DNA from: a virus
IMG/VR virus record: IMGVR_UViG_3300005804_000111
Location: 2,689-66,688 of that record
Length of the DNA: 64,000 bases
Direction: 5' to 3' (one strand)
The translations under genes were made by a program, and so were the position numbers. This document shows, piece after piece, positions 18,624 to 28,035 of this stretch. Numbering within the stretch: the stretch's first letter is position 1; each line of letters opens with the position of its first letter. A model generated the notes under the pieces. The model had not been told where the DNA came from and made no database searches. It saw nothing but the letters and a program-made list of their open reading frames with translations.

Positions 18624-20726
18624 CTACCACCTGCCTACCCAGCCGCCGCGGCGGGGTTGCATGCCCTTGCGGACAAAGCTCTGCTTTGGTTTGGGTTCTG
18701 GTTTCGGGGTTTCTACTGGCGTTTCTTCCACTTCGCGGCGCGGGGGCTCAGTTTTGGTTACGATCACTGCGGGTGCCGGTTCGGCAGCGAGTTTCTTGAG
18801 CTTTTCGATCTGGCGTTTCCACCAGGCGAGGTTGCGGCTGTAGAGCAGGTGTTCTTTATGGGTGCCGCTCCAGTAGCTGCAGAATGGGTTGAGCACGCGG
18901 ATGGCGGCGAGGTTGAGGCAGTTGAGGTCGAGGGCTTCGTTGGCGCGGTTGCCGATCTGCTCGTAGACCTGGACGGTTTTGCCGGAGCGGCGTTTTTCGA
19001 CGAGGCGCTCGGCGACGATCTGCCGGAAGTACTCGGCGTCGCACGTTTGGTTGAAGTGCATATAGTTCGGGTTGACTATGATCTCTTCGCTGGTGAGTGG
19101 TGCAAAGAGGGCTGACTCCGGATATTCGGTAAGTGCACGCGCGGGGATCTGCAGACGGTTGAAGACGGTGCGTTTTGCGGTGTCGGGACCGATTATGTAG
19201 TCGAGCCGGGTGGTTTTGCCTGCTTTTTTCTGGCGGCTGGCTTTTTCGACCAACGGTTTGCCGGTGAATTGTGAGCCTTTACTGCTGAAGATGCGGAGCT
19301 TTCTGTGGGCGCGGCAGTAGTCGTAGACCTGCTGGGTGTAGTGACCACCGGAGTCAAACAGGGTGAGCTCTATGCCGAGGTGTGCGCCGGAGGCGTGCTG
19401 CCAGCGGCTGGTGCTGAGGTATGTGGTGAGGTCGTCTTGTGTTTGCTGTTCGTCAAACGCGCCGGGGATGATGCGGTAATCGACGGTCCAGGTTTCGTTG
19501 TGCAGGCCGTGGCCTTTGACTTCGACCTCGATGCGGTCTTTCTGGTTATCGACCGCTGCGGTGAGGACGAGGCATGGCATGGGCAGCGGGTTTTCTGCGC
19601 TGCCGGCGTATGCTTCACAGCGATCGACAAAGGCTGATTCGTCGATGTCGGGGCGGGCCTGTTCGTCCCATGTTTCGGCGGCGCGGGTGTTTTTCCATGT
19701 TTTCATCTGCTCCATGTCGCCGGAGCGTTTGGCATCGACATATTCCTGCCAGAGCTCGATCCAGCTGAGAAAGCCCATGGGGGAGTACCACGATGGCAAC
19801 TTGTAGCCGCGACGCCGATGGCCGGGATTGTGCGGCACCCAGAGGCCATCTGCAAACATGCGGGTCTTGTGGTGCTCTTCGATGGTGCCGGAGCAGGTGG
19901 TGCAGCGGTAATAGACGGCGATGACTTCGTGGGCCTCGGTCTCGATGACTTCGAAGCCGTCTTTGACGAGCGCCTGCCGGTGGCCGCAGTGTGGGCATGG
20001 TACGTGGTAGTGACGCTGATCGGAGTTGAGGAATTCGGTCTCGCTTTTGGAGGCGCCTTTGATGGTAGGGGTGGAGATCATCATGATCTTTTTTGTGTCG
20101 CCGAAGGCGTCGGTGCGCTTCATGGCGATGGAGCAGGTGTCGCCTTCTTTTTCGAGGTCGGCTTCATAGGCGTCTACTTCGTCGAGGATGAGTTTTTTGA
20201 CAGAGAGGTTGCGGAGCGATGCTGCGGAGTTTGCTCCGGCTATGACAAGGTAGCCCCCGGGAAATTCTTTCATGAGCATGGTGTTGCCGCTGTCGCGCTC
20301 GCGGGCTTCGGGCACTTTGGAGCGCAGGCGCGGGGTGTGGGCGATCATGCTTTTGACTTTGCTGCGGCTGTGGCGCTTGGCGACTTCTATGGTCGGCAGC
20401 AGGTACATCATGGGCGCGGGGTCTATGTCGATGCTGTGGCCGCAGACATTGAGCGCGGCCTGGGTAAAGCCGAGCTGGGTGCCTTTGACGATGACCTGAA
20501 AGGTTACGGGGCTGTGCGGGCTCATGTTGTCCATGGGTTCGCGCAGGTACGGAAAACGGCTGGTGCGGTACTGCCCCGGCTCCTTGGCGCCGCCTTCGCG
20601 CGGAAGTATTGCATAGGTGTCGGCCCACTCGCTGACGCTGAGCGCCTCGACCGGCCGCATGCCGCGCTGAAAGCCCTCCCAATAGGGGGCGCAGTAGGAT
20701 GATGGGGGTTCGAGGAGTGTGGTCAT
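18624..20726 (-). CDS. Terminase large subunit (lambda gpA family)
   Basis: KGTQLGFT Walker A, LILDEVD, ISTPT, CPHCG, AVDNQ, NEALD. Confidence 0.95.
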   Translation of the reverse strand: MTTLLEPPSSYCAPYWEGFQRGMRPVEALSVSEWADTYAILPREGGAKEPGQYRTSRFPYLREPMDNMSPHSPVTFQVIVKGTQLGFTQAALNVCGHSIDIDPAPMMYLLPTIEVAKRHSRSKVKSMIAHTPRLRSKVPEARERDSGNTMLMKEFPGGYLVIAGANSAASLRNLSVKKLILDEVDAYEADLEKEGDTCSIAMKRTDAFGDTKKIMMISTPTIKGASKSETEFLNSDQRHYHVPCPHCGHRQALVKDGFEVIETEAHEVIAVYYRCTTCSGTIEEHHKTRMFADGLWVPHNPGHRRRGYKLPSWYSPMGFLSWIELWQEYVDAKRSGDMEQMKTWKNTRAAETWDEQARPDIDESAFVDRCEAYAGSAENPLPMPCLVLTAAVDNQKDRIEVEVKGHGLHNETWTVDYRIIPGAFDEQQTQDDLTTYLSTSRWQHASGAHLGIELTLFDSGGHYTQQVYDYCRAHRKLRIFSSKGSQFTGKPLVEKASRQKKAGKTTRLDYIIGPDTAKRTVFNRLQIPARALTEYPESALFAPLTSEEIIVNPNYMHFNQTCDAEYFRQIVAERLVEKRRSGKTVQVYEQIGNRANEALDLNCLNLAAIRVLNPFCSYWSGTHKEHLLYSRNLAWWKRQIEKLKKLAAEPAPAVIVTKTEPPRREVEETPVETPKPEPKPKQSFVRKGMQPRRGGWVGRW

Positions 20727-21382
20727 ACTCTCCTGAACTCGATTACCCACACCCACGGGTTGCTTGACCACGGATGCTTTTTGGCGTTGATGGGATCCCA
20801 GAGCTGTTTGAAGTCATGCCTTCGATTCCAAGTGGCTTGTCGAGGTACATCTGCCATCGTAATCGCATCGACACCCTCCGCGATAGCGTCTGACTCACTG
20901 ATGTTATTCAACCGCTCGACGCGCACTCCGGTTATTTCAAGGGTGATTCTTGACGCCCATCGGGGCATATGTATTGAGGGAACAACCTGCCAGTATCCAG
21001 TCTTCCCTCCCGCTTTGAGAATCTTTCCATCAGCCATACATGCATCGTATTCAGGGTCATCCTGATAAGTAGGGCCATCGTCACTGTAAACCAAGTGACC
21101 TTCTTTGCTTTTCCATATGAGACACGTTTCCCGCACCCATAGACGGTCGCCGGGCTGGCCGTAGGGACATGGATAATCTTCAGAATCGTCGGATGCTCCG
21201 AATCGCTCAGCGCCGGGGAAAACTTCACCGTCTCTATCTATCAGCGTCGGGGCGTAAACCCCTACCCTCGGTAAAAATTCATCACTTGGCTGCGGTTTCA
21301 CCACTCTCCGCGTCTGGGTCTTCTGGCCTTGAAGTATCGCCCTCACCATCGGGGCGCTGAATAATATCGGGCGCTCTTTCAT
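20723..21382 (-). CDS. ASCH/PUA-like phage protein
   Basis: RPILFS..MVRAIL.G.KTQTRR, GDRLWVRET, PSIHMPRWASRI, NPWVWVIEF. Confidence 0.8.
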   Translation of the reverse strand: MKERPILFSAPMVRAILQGQKTQTRRVVKPQPSDEFLPRVGVYAPTLIDRDGEVFPGAERFGASDDSEDYPCPYGQPGDRLWVRETCLIWKSKEGHLVYSDDGPTYQDDPEYDACMADGKILKAGGKTGYWQVVPSIHMPRWASRITLEITGVRVERLNNISESDAIAEGVDAITMADVPRQATWNRRHDFKQLWDPINAKKHPWSSNPWVWVIEFRRV

Positions 21383-21885
21383 GCTGCTGTCCTTTCTTTC
21401 GTCAGGTTCTCCAGTATGTTTCTGATCTCGTCTTCGAGCCGGGTGCGAACGGTGAAGGCGTCTTTCTCTGCTGCCAGTTCGTCGGCCAGACGTGCCGGCA
21501 GGTTCATGAAGGCCTCGCTGGTAGCACGGGCCAGCTCATAGGCAGTGCGTTTAACGTCTGAGGCGGGGACAAGTTCGCCTTTGATGCGAGCGACTTCAAG
21601 CTCCAGCTTGACGGTTTTGGCAGTCTGTTCTCTGAGTTCGAGATCTTCGTATGCTTTGCCCTCGGGACCTTTCTTTTTATTGATGACGTCGAGCTGCCCC
21701 TGATACACGCCGCGCACGACGCTGGGCAGGTGCCAGCGGTCGCGCCGCTCGCTCTGTATCCAGCCTTTCTCTGATTCCCACAGCTGCACGGCCCGCTCGG
21801 TGACGCCGTACAGGGCTGCAATCTCACCGGTGGTCAGGTGTATGCTGTTGACGTCGGCGTCGGGGATGAGCGGGGCTTGAGTCAT
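21379..21885 (-). CDS. Terminase small subunit (Nu1-like)
   Basis: N-terminal wHTH; KLELEVARIKGELV...F.NLPARLA. Confidence 0.85.
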   Translation of the reverse strand: MTQAPLIPDADVNSIHLTTGEIAALYGVTERAVQLWESEKGWIQSERRDRWHLPSVVRGVYQGQLDVINKKKGPEGKAYEDLELREQTAKTVKLELEVARIKGELVPASDVKRTAYELARATSEAFMNLPARLADELAAEKDAFTVRTRLEDEIRNILENLTKERTAA

Positions 21886-22133
21886 GCGGCCACCCAGCCG
21901 TCGACATAACGAGACGGTTTGAGTTTTATTTCCGGATGTGCCGACATGAGCGCCCGTGCGACATCTTCCGGCATACAATGGATGCGCCAGTTGCCTCTCC
22001 ACTGCAGTGGGCAGCAGGTGCATTGTGCCAGCACTTCGCCGGAGTTGCTGACCTTTACGATCACATGGGTGCATTCGTCCAGGCCGCAGGGCTTGTGGTC
22101 GATTTTGGAGAGTGGGAGCTTGAGGGTTGTCAT
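21882..22133 (-). CDS. Hypothetical Cys-containing protein
   Basis: ATGA overlaps at both ends. Confidence 0.55.
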   Translation of the reverse strand: MTTLKLPLSKIDHKPCGLDECTHVIVKVSNSGEVLAQCTCCPLQWRGNWRIHCMPEDVARALMSAHPEIKLKPSRYVDGWVAA

Positions 22134-22624
22134 GCAATCCGCCTTACCACAGCGCCGAGATCGGCACACTGCATCAGTCTGAATTCTGCCTCTGGGCCGT
22201 AGGCTATAAGCACGCTGGGGCCGCCGCTGTTTGCGCCGTTGCGCGGGGCTGCCCCGTCCGGATAGTGAAAGGTGAGGCGACCACGAAGAAACAGCACGGA
22301 CGATGCAAACGGCCAGACGCTCTCAAAGAATGCTTTTGTTTCGGTGCGGGCAAATACGAGGGCTATGCCGTTGTTGTGCAGGGCCATGCGGTTGAGCCAT
22401 GCGGCGGTTGCGCTACCATACGGCGGGTTGCACCATACGAGGCCATGCCACGGTAGCAGGAGGCCGTTTTCGGTGTATTGCTCTGCAGCGCACGGCCAGG
22501 GCTGCGGACTGCACGCGCACGGATCAAGGTCGAACGGACCGAGTCGATCGATGAGCCACTTTGGCGTGATCCACGAGTCGGTGGTGATCTCGTTGCGGGT
22601 ATGGCATGGCGGGGCGATGCTCAT
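22130..22624 (-). CDS. Phage N6-adenine DNA methyltransferase
   Basis: W.TP, FDLDPC and WCNPPYG motifs. Confidence 0.9.
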   Translation of the reverse strand: MSIAPPCHTRNEITTDSWITPKWLIDRLGPFDLDPCACSPQPWPCAAEQYTENGLLLPWHGLVWCNPPYGSATAAWLNRMALHNNGIALVFARTETKAFFESVWPFASSVLFLRGRLTFHYPDGAAPRNGANSGGPSVLIAYGPEAEFRLMQCADLGAVVRRIA

Positions 22625-22748
22625 ATCAGCTTCGGCTCCTTATATTTCAGATATGCCTGGCACTTGTTGCGCGAGCTGCAGCACGCGCAGACGCTGAGCT
22701 TTACGAGCGCCATAACTTCCGGGCAGGAGATGCGGAGGATTGGGGTGG

Positions 22749-23645
22749 TCATGATTTCCTCCACGGCAGCTCGTTATACTCCCGGCCATCGAGCAAGCGG
22801 CCTGCGCGTTTGTGGCCGATGCGCTCAAGTCGATACGTTTCCTTCCATCCTACGAGGGGTCCAGAAGGTATGATTCTCCCGGTAAACGCCCGATAACATG
22901 CCTTCCCAACGGATTTGCGGTCGGTTGATGAAGAGCAAACCCATCGGCTAAAGTCGGGAGTATCGGGAGGAACCTCGTCTACACCTGTAACTCCCCACTC
23001 TCCATTGCTTTTGAAATAGAACATTACACCGGCAGCCGCGCACTGATCGCGGACAGATCGCGCATTGTCGGGATGCATCGGCCTTGCGTTCTTGCCCGTT
23101 TCGCCGCCGAGAATGACGAAACTTATATGTGGTTCCATGAAATTGACGATAGAAGATAAGCAAGGCTCGATCAGCAGCCCGACCTTGCCGGGAATGTTCA
23201 GCGCATGAGGAATCCGCTTGTCTGCCATTTTCTGATTCTCGACCGTGACGAGGTGGTAGACGTTTGGGAGAGGCAACGCAAATTTAACCGCACGTTCTGG
23301 ACGTTTCGTAATAACCAAAAACGTGTGCTGGCGGCACTCTTCAAAAACCGCACAGACCTGACCAAGCTGAAACGGTGTTACTGCTTCATGGTACAAATCG
23401 CTCCACACTGCAAACACAGTCGGCTTCTTCGTCCGCATGGGAAGGTCGAGACGATCAGAGCGAAAAATAACCGTTCCGTTAAATACTCCTGCTTCGTCTG
23501 TCAAAATACCGCTACTATGCCCAGGCTCCACTTCGCGTGCAAATCTATTCGCCAATGCCGCCAGCCAGCAGTTATCGCACCCGGCACTGACCGGGGTGCA
23601 GCCTTCAACCAAACTCCACGCCTTATCCCAAAATTTTCCGCTCAT
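22749..23645 (-). CDS. DUF5131 (Gp37/Gp68) family protein, copy A
   Basis: GCTPVSAGCDNC, SDLYHE, TKRPER, GGETG..ARPMHP, GRLLDG. Confidence 0.88.
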   Translation of the reverse strand: MSGKFWDKAWSLVEGCTPVSAGCDNCWLAALANRFAREVEPGHSSGILTDEAGVFNGTVIFRSDRLDLPMRTKKPTVFAVWSDLYHEAVTPFQLGQVCAVFEECRQHTFLVITKRPERAVKFALPLPNVYHLVTVENQKMADKRIPHALNIPGKVGLLIEPCLSSIVNFMEPHISFVILGGETGKNARPMHPDNARSVRDQCAAAGVMFYFKSNGEWGVTGVDEVPPDTPDFSRWVCSSSTDRKSVGKACYRAFTGRIIPSGPLVGWKETYRLERIGHKRAGRLLDGREYNELPWRKS

Positions 23646-23869
23646 GGCTTTTCGCTCCTGAACAGATGAACTTTCATGATGGCGTAGCTCGTTCCCTTTG
23701 CAGCGTCAACAACGAGGACTATCCGATCGATATTGTATGCCTGTTTTCCGTCTATCCGGATTCCGGTATGACAGGGTAATCCGTCAGGGCTGGTGATTTC
23801 GAGACTCCCGACTTTTATGTTGTAGCTGTCGGCTTCGATCTTGACTGTCTGTTTTTCAGGTTCTATCAT
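23642..23869 (-). CDS. Hypothetical protein
   Basis: RBS GAGGA; ATGA overlap with the DUF5131 gene. Confidence 0.6.
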   Translation of the reverse strand: MIEPEKQTVKIEADSYNIKVGSLEITSPDGLPCHTGIRIDGKQAYNIDRIVLVVDAAKGTSYAIMKVHLFRSEKP

Positions 23870-23912
23870 TCTATTCCTCTTTGTTTTTCAGGTTGTTATG
23901 ACGAAACGAACC

Positions 23913-23993
23913 CCTCGGAAATTTTTCTGAATCTAGCGCGTTTTTGCGCTCGGGGCTGACCCGCAAGGCGTACCCCCGCCGGAAGGACCCGCG
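23913..23993 (-). other. Lambda-like cos region (cosQ, cosN, start of cosB)
   Basis: Minus strand reads GGGTCCTTCCGGCG...GCGGGTCAGCCCCG...AAAAATTTCCG, paralleling lambda GGGTCCT..CCGGCG...cosN...GAAAATTTTCCGG; gpA-type terminase downstream. Confidence 0.65.
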
Positions 23994-24015
23994 AATATAA
24001 AAGGCAACAGATCCT

Positions 24016-24585
24016 CTAAGCATAGTCACCGCTCTGTGCAATGCTGCCCTTGCTCATTGCGAACTCGATACCGCGACGGAATTCCTCGTTTAACTTCGCC
24101 TCTATCTTTACTTCAAGAGGCTTCTGCAGCCGCTCCTTGATCGCGCCACCGAGCGATGGGCCCATGATAAACTTCGTCGGCACACGCTCCTTGCCCTGGC
24201 GTTTGACCGGCAGCTTCCGTCCGTTGACTGTCATAACAAACGCACCACCACCCACGACTTTATAGCCGCCAGACTTCAACGTCTGCACCTGCGCAGGAGC
24301 TCTGCGCTTGCCTCCGCCCTTCACCTTGAACCAACTCAAAGCGATCGGCGTGCGCGGTACAGTAATAGTGGCAGTCAGCTTATACATGCTTGCCTTATCG
24401 ATTCTGATATCCTCCCGCACCTTCCGCGCAGTCACGGAGTACTCATCGCGCATCATCTTCACCATCTGCGCCCTACCATGAGTGGCAGCTTTATTGCACG
24501 CCATGGCTGCAACCTTGGCCACAGCCCGAGGGTCGAAGCGCTTGATAGCATCGTCGAGTCCTTTGAGTGTTATCTTTATCTCCAT
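24016..24585 (-). CDS. Minor tail/neck protein Z-like, displaced upstream of cos
   Basis: Basic protein; KRQGKERVP.KFIMGPS motif typical of gpZ-like proteins. Confidence 0.6.
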   Translation of the reverse strand: MEIKITLKGLDDAIKRFDPRAVAKVAAMACNKAATHGRAQMVKMMRDEYSVTARKVREDIRIDKASMYKLTATITVPRTPIALSWFKVKGGGKRRAPAQVQTLKSGGYKVVGGGAFVMTVNGRKLPVKRQGKERVPTKFIMGPSLGGAIKERLQKPLEVKIEAKLNEEFRRGIEFAMSKGSIAQSGDYA

Positions 24586-24586
24586 A

Positions 24587-25057
24587 TCAACGCACCTCCG
24601 CAGGTTTATTCATGTCTGCCCCTCGTGACTGATAGAACTCTGCAGTCTGATGCATGTTCATACCGAGCGCTTCACCGGCGCAGATGAACTCCTTGCGCGT
24701 GATCGTGCCCGACAGCAGCGCGTTAATGTTCCGGATCGCCTTGCGGCCAAAGTCGTCCTTGCCTTCCTCAGAGAAAAACCTTCTGGTATCCTCCGCCTCC
24801 TGCCTCTTTTTCCTCGCCTCTTCTTCTTTGAACATATTGAACCTGATGCTTTCAGCCAGTGCCATGCACTTCTGAGTTGAGGGGAACTGATCGCCGGCGA
24901 CCGTGTACTCCTTCAGGTGCTTCCACATTGCCTCGATGACTGGCAGCTCGTACTTCTCCATTTCACCGTGCCACATGTGGTACATGCCAGCAGTTGGTGG
25001 TATCCTGGGAACATAAAAAGACAACATCTCATTCCAGATAGTTTTCAGTCTTCCCAT
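24587..25057 (-). CDS. Replication accessory protein (helicase loader/inhibitor-like)
   Basis: Directly follows the initiator; FPS motif. Confidence 0.45.
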   Translation of the reverse strand: MGRLKTIWNEMLSFYVPRIPPTAGMYHMWHGEMEKYELPVIEAMWKHLKEYTVAGDQFPSTQKCMALAESIRFNMFKEEEARKKRQEAEDTRRFFSEEGKDDFGRKAIRNINALLSGTITRKEFICAGEALGMNMHQTAEFYQSRGADMNKPAEVR

Positions 25058-26025
25058 GGCATTTTCTCCCCGCCCTTGTTCGGCGTGCGGCCATAGCCCT
25101 GCATGGCCTTCTTCACATAGTTGATATTTGCTACTCCCCGAGTGTTTGCCTCAGTGAGCCCATATTCAAAACGCTCCGTCCCGCTCTCTTGCTTCAGATC
25201 CAGAAGAGCCAGTAGCGTGCTCTGTATGCGTGAGTTCTTCACCACGCCTGTGCTGTTCTTCTCTGCCATATTAGTTATGAACAGGCGTACCTTGTCGGCA
25301 GTGCCGTTGAACTGCGAATACATCGCCTCTATCTGTTCCGTTGTTATAAGGGGCTTTTGCTGACGTGCAGAACTGCCCGACCCCGTGCGCGACGCTTCGC
25401 GTTCGCGTGAAGGTTTTTCATCTGCTGTTGCTGCTGCATCTGCTGTTGCTGCTGCTGTGGTCGATAGGGGTATCGAAAAAGCCTGAAAAACTTCCCTCAG
25501 CTGCTGTAAAAGACGTGGATCAGCGTCTTTGTTTTGTACCGTCCGGAGAAAGAATTCTCGGTAATAATGCAGGAACTCCTCAATCACCACAGATGGCTTG
25601 AACTGCCTGATGTGATTCAGCACGCCCTTGAGTTGCTTGCTGTTCAGTGGACGATCGCCGACTTGATACCTCAGCATAGACTTCACCCAGAGCAGGCAAT
25701 ACTCTGAGTCATAACGAATGAAAAAATGTTTTTTCTCACTCATTCCAACTCTGGATAGCGTATCAATACCCATTGCATACCCGTCCGATACCCTATTGAT
25801 ACCCCTATCAATGGGGATACCCTGCAACTCTTTCATGGCATCTTCATACGCTTCAGGCTCCCAGCTCAACTCATTCATAGGGACATAAGGCTGCATCCAG
25901 AACAGTCCCGTAAAATGGCTGTCAGGGCTCGTAATATAGAACAGCATCAGCAGCTTGCTCTCATTATCAAGCTCTCGCACATGCGGATCGCGCCAGAAAT
26001 TAGCCTCAATGGTCTTATAGGCCAT
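25045..26025 (-). CDS. Replication initiator protein
   Basis: FW.DP....L....KLL..FYITSP N-terminus; internal repeat linker; C-terminal NYVKK.M. Confidence 0.75.
   Translation of the reverse strand: MAYKTIEANFWRDPHVRELDNESKLLMLFYITSPDSHFTGLFWMQPYVPMNELSWEPEAYEDAMKELQGIPIDRGINRVSDGYAMGIDTLSRVGMSEKKHFFIRYDSEYCLLWVKSMLRYQVGDRPLNSKQLKGVLNHIRQFKPSVVIEEFLHYYREFFLRTVQNKDADPRLLQQLREVFQAFSIPLSTTAAATADAAATADEKPSREREASRTGSGSSARQQKPLITTEQIEAMYSQFNGTADKVRLFITNMAEKNSTGVVKNSRIQSTLLALLDLKQESGTERFEYGLTEANTRGVANINYVKKAMQGYGRTPNKGGEKMPWED
25754..25822. repeat. Iteron-like 11-bp array (GATACCCTAT-type) inside the initiator gene; related palindrome TCGATAGGGGTATCGA at 25461-25476
   Basis: GATAGCGTATC AATACCCATTG CATACCCGTCC GATACCCTATT GATACCCCTATC in tandem. 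Confidence 0.6.
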
Positions 26026-26432
26026 CAGAACGCCTTTCCGTGTTTCATCGGGCGGAGCCGGTTCTTTTCCATCTTCGCGCGGAGCGCTTCGAGAAACTGT
26101 TCGGTGAAGCCGTTGCCTCCGACGTATGAGCACAGGCGTATTTGAATGTCGGCGAGTTCTTCGAGGAATGCGGCATAGTCCGTAATCTTGCTGATATCTG
26201 CATGGGGTACTGTTTTGCACTGCCTGTAGAATTCATAGTCATCGCACGCGCCGCCGATCTCCCAGAGCAGATGATCAGTTTCAGCATCGCCGGTGTTGCT
26301 CACACACTCGGCAGCCTCGCCGATCTCGGTCACCATCAGCGCCAGCTGCGTGCCGTGCTGCGTCAAGTCAAAGCCCTTGGCCTTGGTAGTCTCCGCGCAC
26401 TGCTCGATAATGGTTCTGAGGTCTGTGGTCAT
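26025..26432 (-). CDS. MazG-like NTP pyrophosphohydrolase
   Basis: EIGEAAE...EELAD..IR; KMEKN..RP..HGK. Confidence 0.85.
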   Translation of the reverse strand: MTTDLRTIIEQCAETTKAKGFDLTQHGTQLALMVTEIGEAAECVSNTGDAETDHLLWEIGGACDDYEFYRQCKTVPHADISKITDYAAFLEELADIQIRLCSYVGGNGFTEQFLEALRAKMEKNRLRPMKHGKAF

Positions 26433-26968
26433 GCCTGTTCACTCCTTGCCGCGCCCAGCAGTCCGTATCCGGCAATGTCACGGTACGGACTTTCGCCCAG
26501 GGCGTTCTTGTCCGTGGCAATACGGAAGAGCTTATCGACGATGCGCACCACTGCCAGCGCATCGTGCATCTGATCGGGGCTAATCCCATGCGGGTAAAGA
26601 ATACTCATAACCTGTCCGCTGCGACCGAAGCTGTCCCCATAAGCCGCCTGCTTCCGGGCGACAAGCTCGCCTATTGATTTTCCGAGCGACTCGTAACGAT
26701 CGACACGATCGACACGCTCCCAAACTGACATTTCGGCGCCATCCGTCTGTACCGGCAGATCTGACACCCCATCTGGCTCGGCCTGCTGTTTGCCGGTGCG
26801 GATATCGTGCTGTGTACTTTTGCCTGTATCAGCTGGCATTTTGGCTCTTGCATCCTTCTTCTCCTTTACGGGCGTTGCAGCAGAAAAATCGTATTGGCAC
26901 GCATAACAACTGCGTGCTGCGTTGCCTCTTTGTTCAGTTCCGCACTTTGGACACGTTTTGTATGGCAT
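26429..26968 (-). CDS. Zn-ribbon plus DUF1599-like (nucleotide-modification-associated) domain
   Basis: CPKC/CYAC; KQAAYGDSF...DKLFRI...ESPYRDIAGYGLL. Confidence 0.6.
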   Translation of the reverse strand: MPYKTCPKCGTEQRGNAARSCYACQYDFSAATPVKEKKDARAKMPADTGKSTQHDIRTGKQQAEPDGVSDLPVQTDGAEMSVWERVDRVDRYESLGKSIGELVARKQAAYGDSFGRSGQVMSILYPHGISPDQMHDALAVVRIVDKLFRIATDKNALGESPYRDIAGYGLLGAARSEQA

Positions 26969-27248
26969 CTTGTCTCTTTCCTCCGCTGCTTCTGCGCGGG
27001 CCATTACCGCGCACATGGCGCAGATCCCGCTTTTGCTATTCGTTAATCCTGAGCACCCTGCGCACAGCCCGTACAGTCCAGGTAATACTGCACCTTCGCC
27101 ACCGCCTGCCGCTTTATGCAGGTCTCGTGCGAGAGCGTGCCGCAAAGGTTCGTGCAGAAAAAGGTGTCAGTCAGTTTCAATCGTTCGTCCTTTCGGCCAT
27201 CGTCAGTTGCCGCTTCACGGCAAGACGGGGATTGCTCCCCGTTTCGGC

Positions 27249-28034
27249 CTAATGCACCTGAATCACCATCCAGTTATCAGCAATGCCTTTTCTGAACTCT
27301 TCGATCTCGCGAATGAGCGCATCACGGCGAGTGCGAATATGTGTCGGGTTTATGAGTTTGAATGTCGCTTTCTCGTTCTCAGACTTCGGGATCTCGATTT
27401 CCATATCCAGCAGGAATTCCGTGGTCAGTTTTGAACCTTCGAAGTATGGTCCTCTGAACGTGATACGCTTCGGCAGTGTCGCCGTCTGGTTGCCTCCACG
27501 ACGCTCCTGATAGATGAAGGTATGGTTCAACGGATCGACATTGCTCTCAAAGTCCTTGATCGTTTGAACCTGAAGAAGCTCAATATAAGGAAGAAGAGTG
27601 CGCCCCTCGGCAATTACATCAGGGAAAGTTTCAATGGCTTTGACCAGGTTCTTTTGTGAAAACACGGCTCCGGGTCCATCTCCGCAGAATGCCTTCAGTT
27701 CGAGCGAAGGAACGAATGAGTACTGAACAAACTCAACGCGATTGTTGGCATCGAAATAGGCTTTGATGCTGCTATCATCAAACAGGATAATGCCACTGGT
27801 TGCGTCCATGTAACGGTTAATAAATGAGACCATGCTCTGCGTGTCTGCCAACTTATGCTCTCTGTTCTTGTGGATATAGATGGGTGTCGGAGTCGGCTTT
27901 GTAACTTCCTGATACGTAGTACCGTTACGGACAAAGAAGCGTTTGCCATAGACAGGATCCTCGATCTCAAAGTGATCTCCCATCTGATCAACAATTCCGC
28001 TCACCATCATCTTCATTTCAGTGTTCTCTGCCAT
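27249..28034 (-). CDS. DUF2303-like phage protein
   Basis: Typically paired with the upstream small gene; LPK.ITF..P.FEG. Confidence 0.5.
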   Translation of the reverse strand: MAENTEMKMMVSGIVDQMGDHFEIEDPVYGKRFFVRNGTTYQEVTKPTPTPIYIHKNREHKLADTQSMVSFINRYMDATSGIILFDDSSIKAYFDANNRVEFVQYSFVPSLELKAFCGDGPGAVFSQKNLVKAIETFPDVIAEGRTLLPYIELLQVQTIKDFESNVDPLNHTFIYQERRGGNQTATLPKRITFRGPYFEGSKLTTEFLLDMEIEIPKSENEKATFKLINPTHIRTRRDALIREIEEFRKGIADNWMVIQVH

Positions 28035-28035
28035 A

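Noticed and set aside
18624-20726. Intein or intron in terL
   Set aside because: Length is near normal for gpA, with no C/S...HN splice motifs and no interrupted frame
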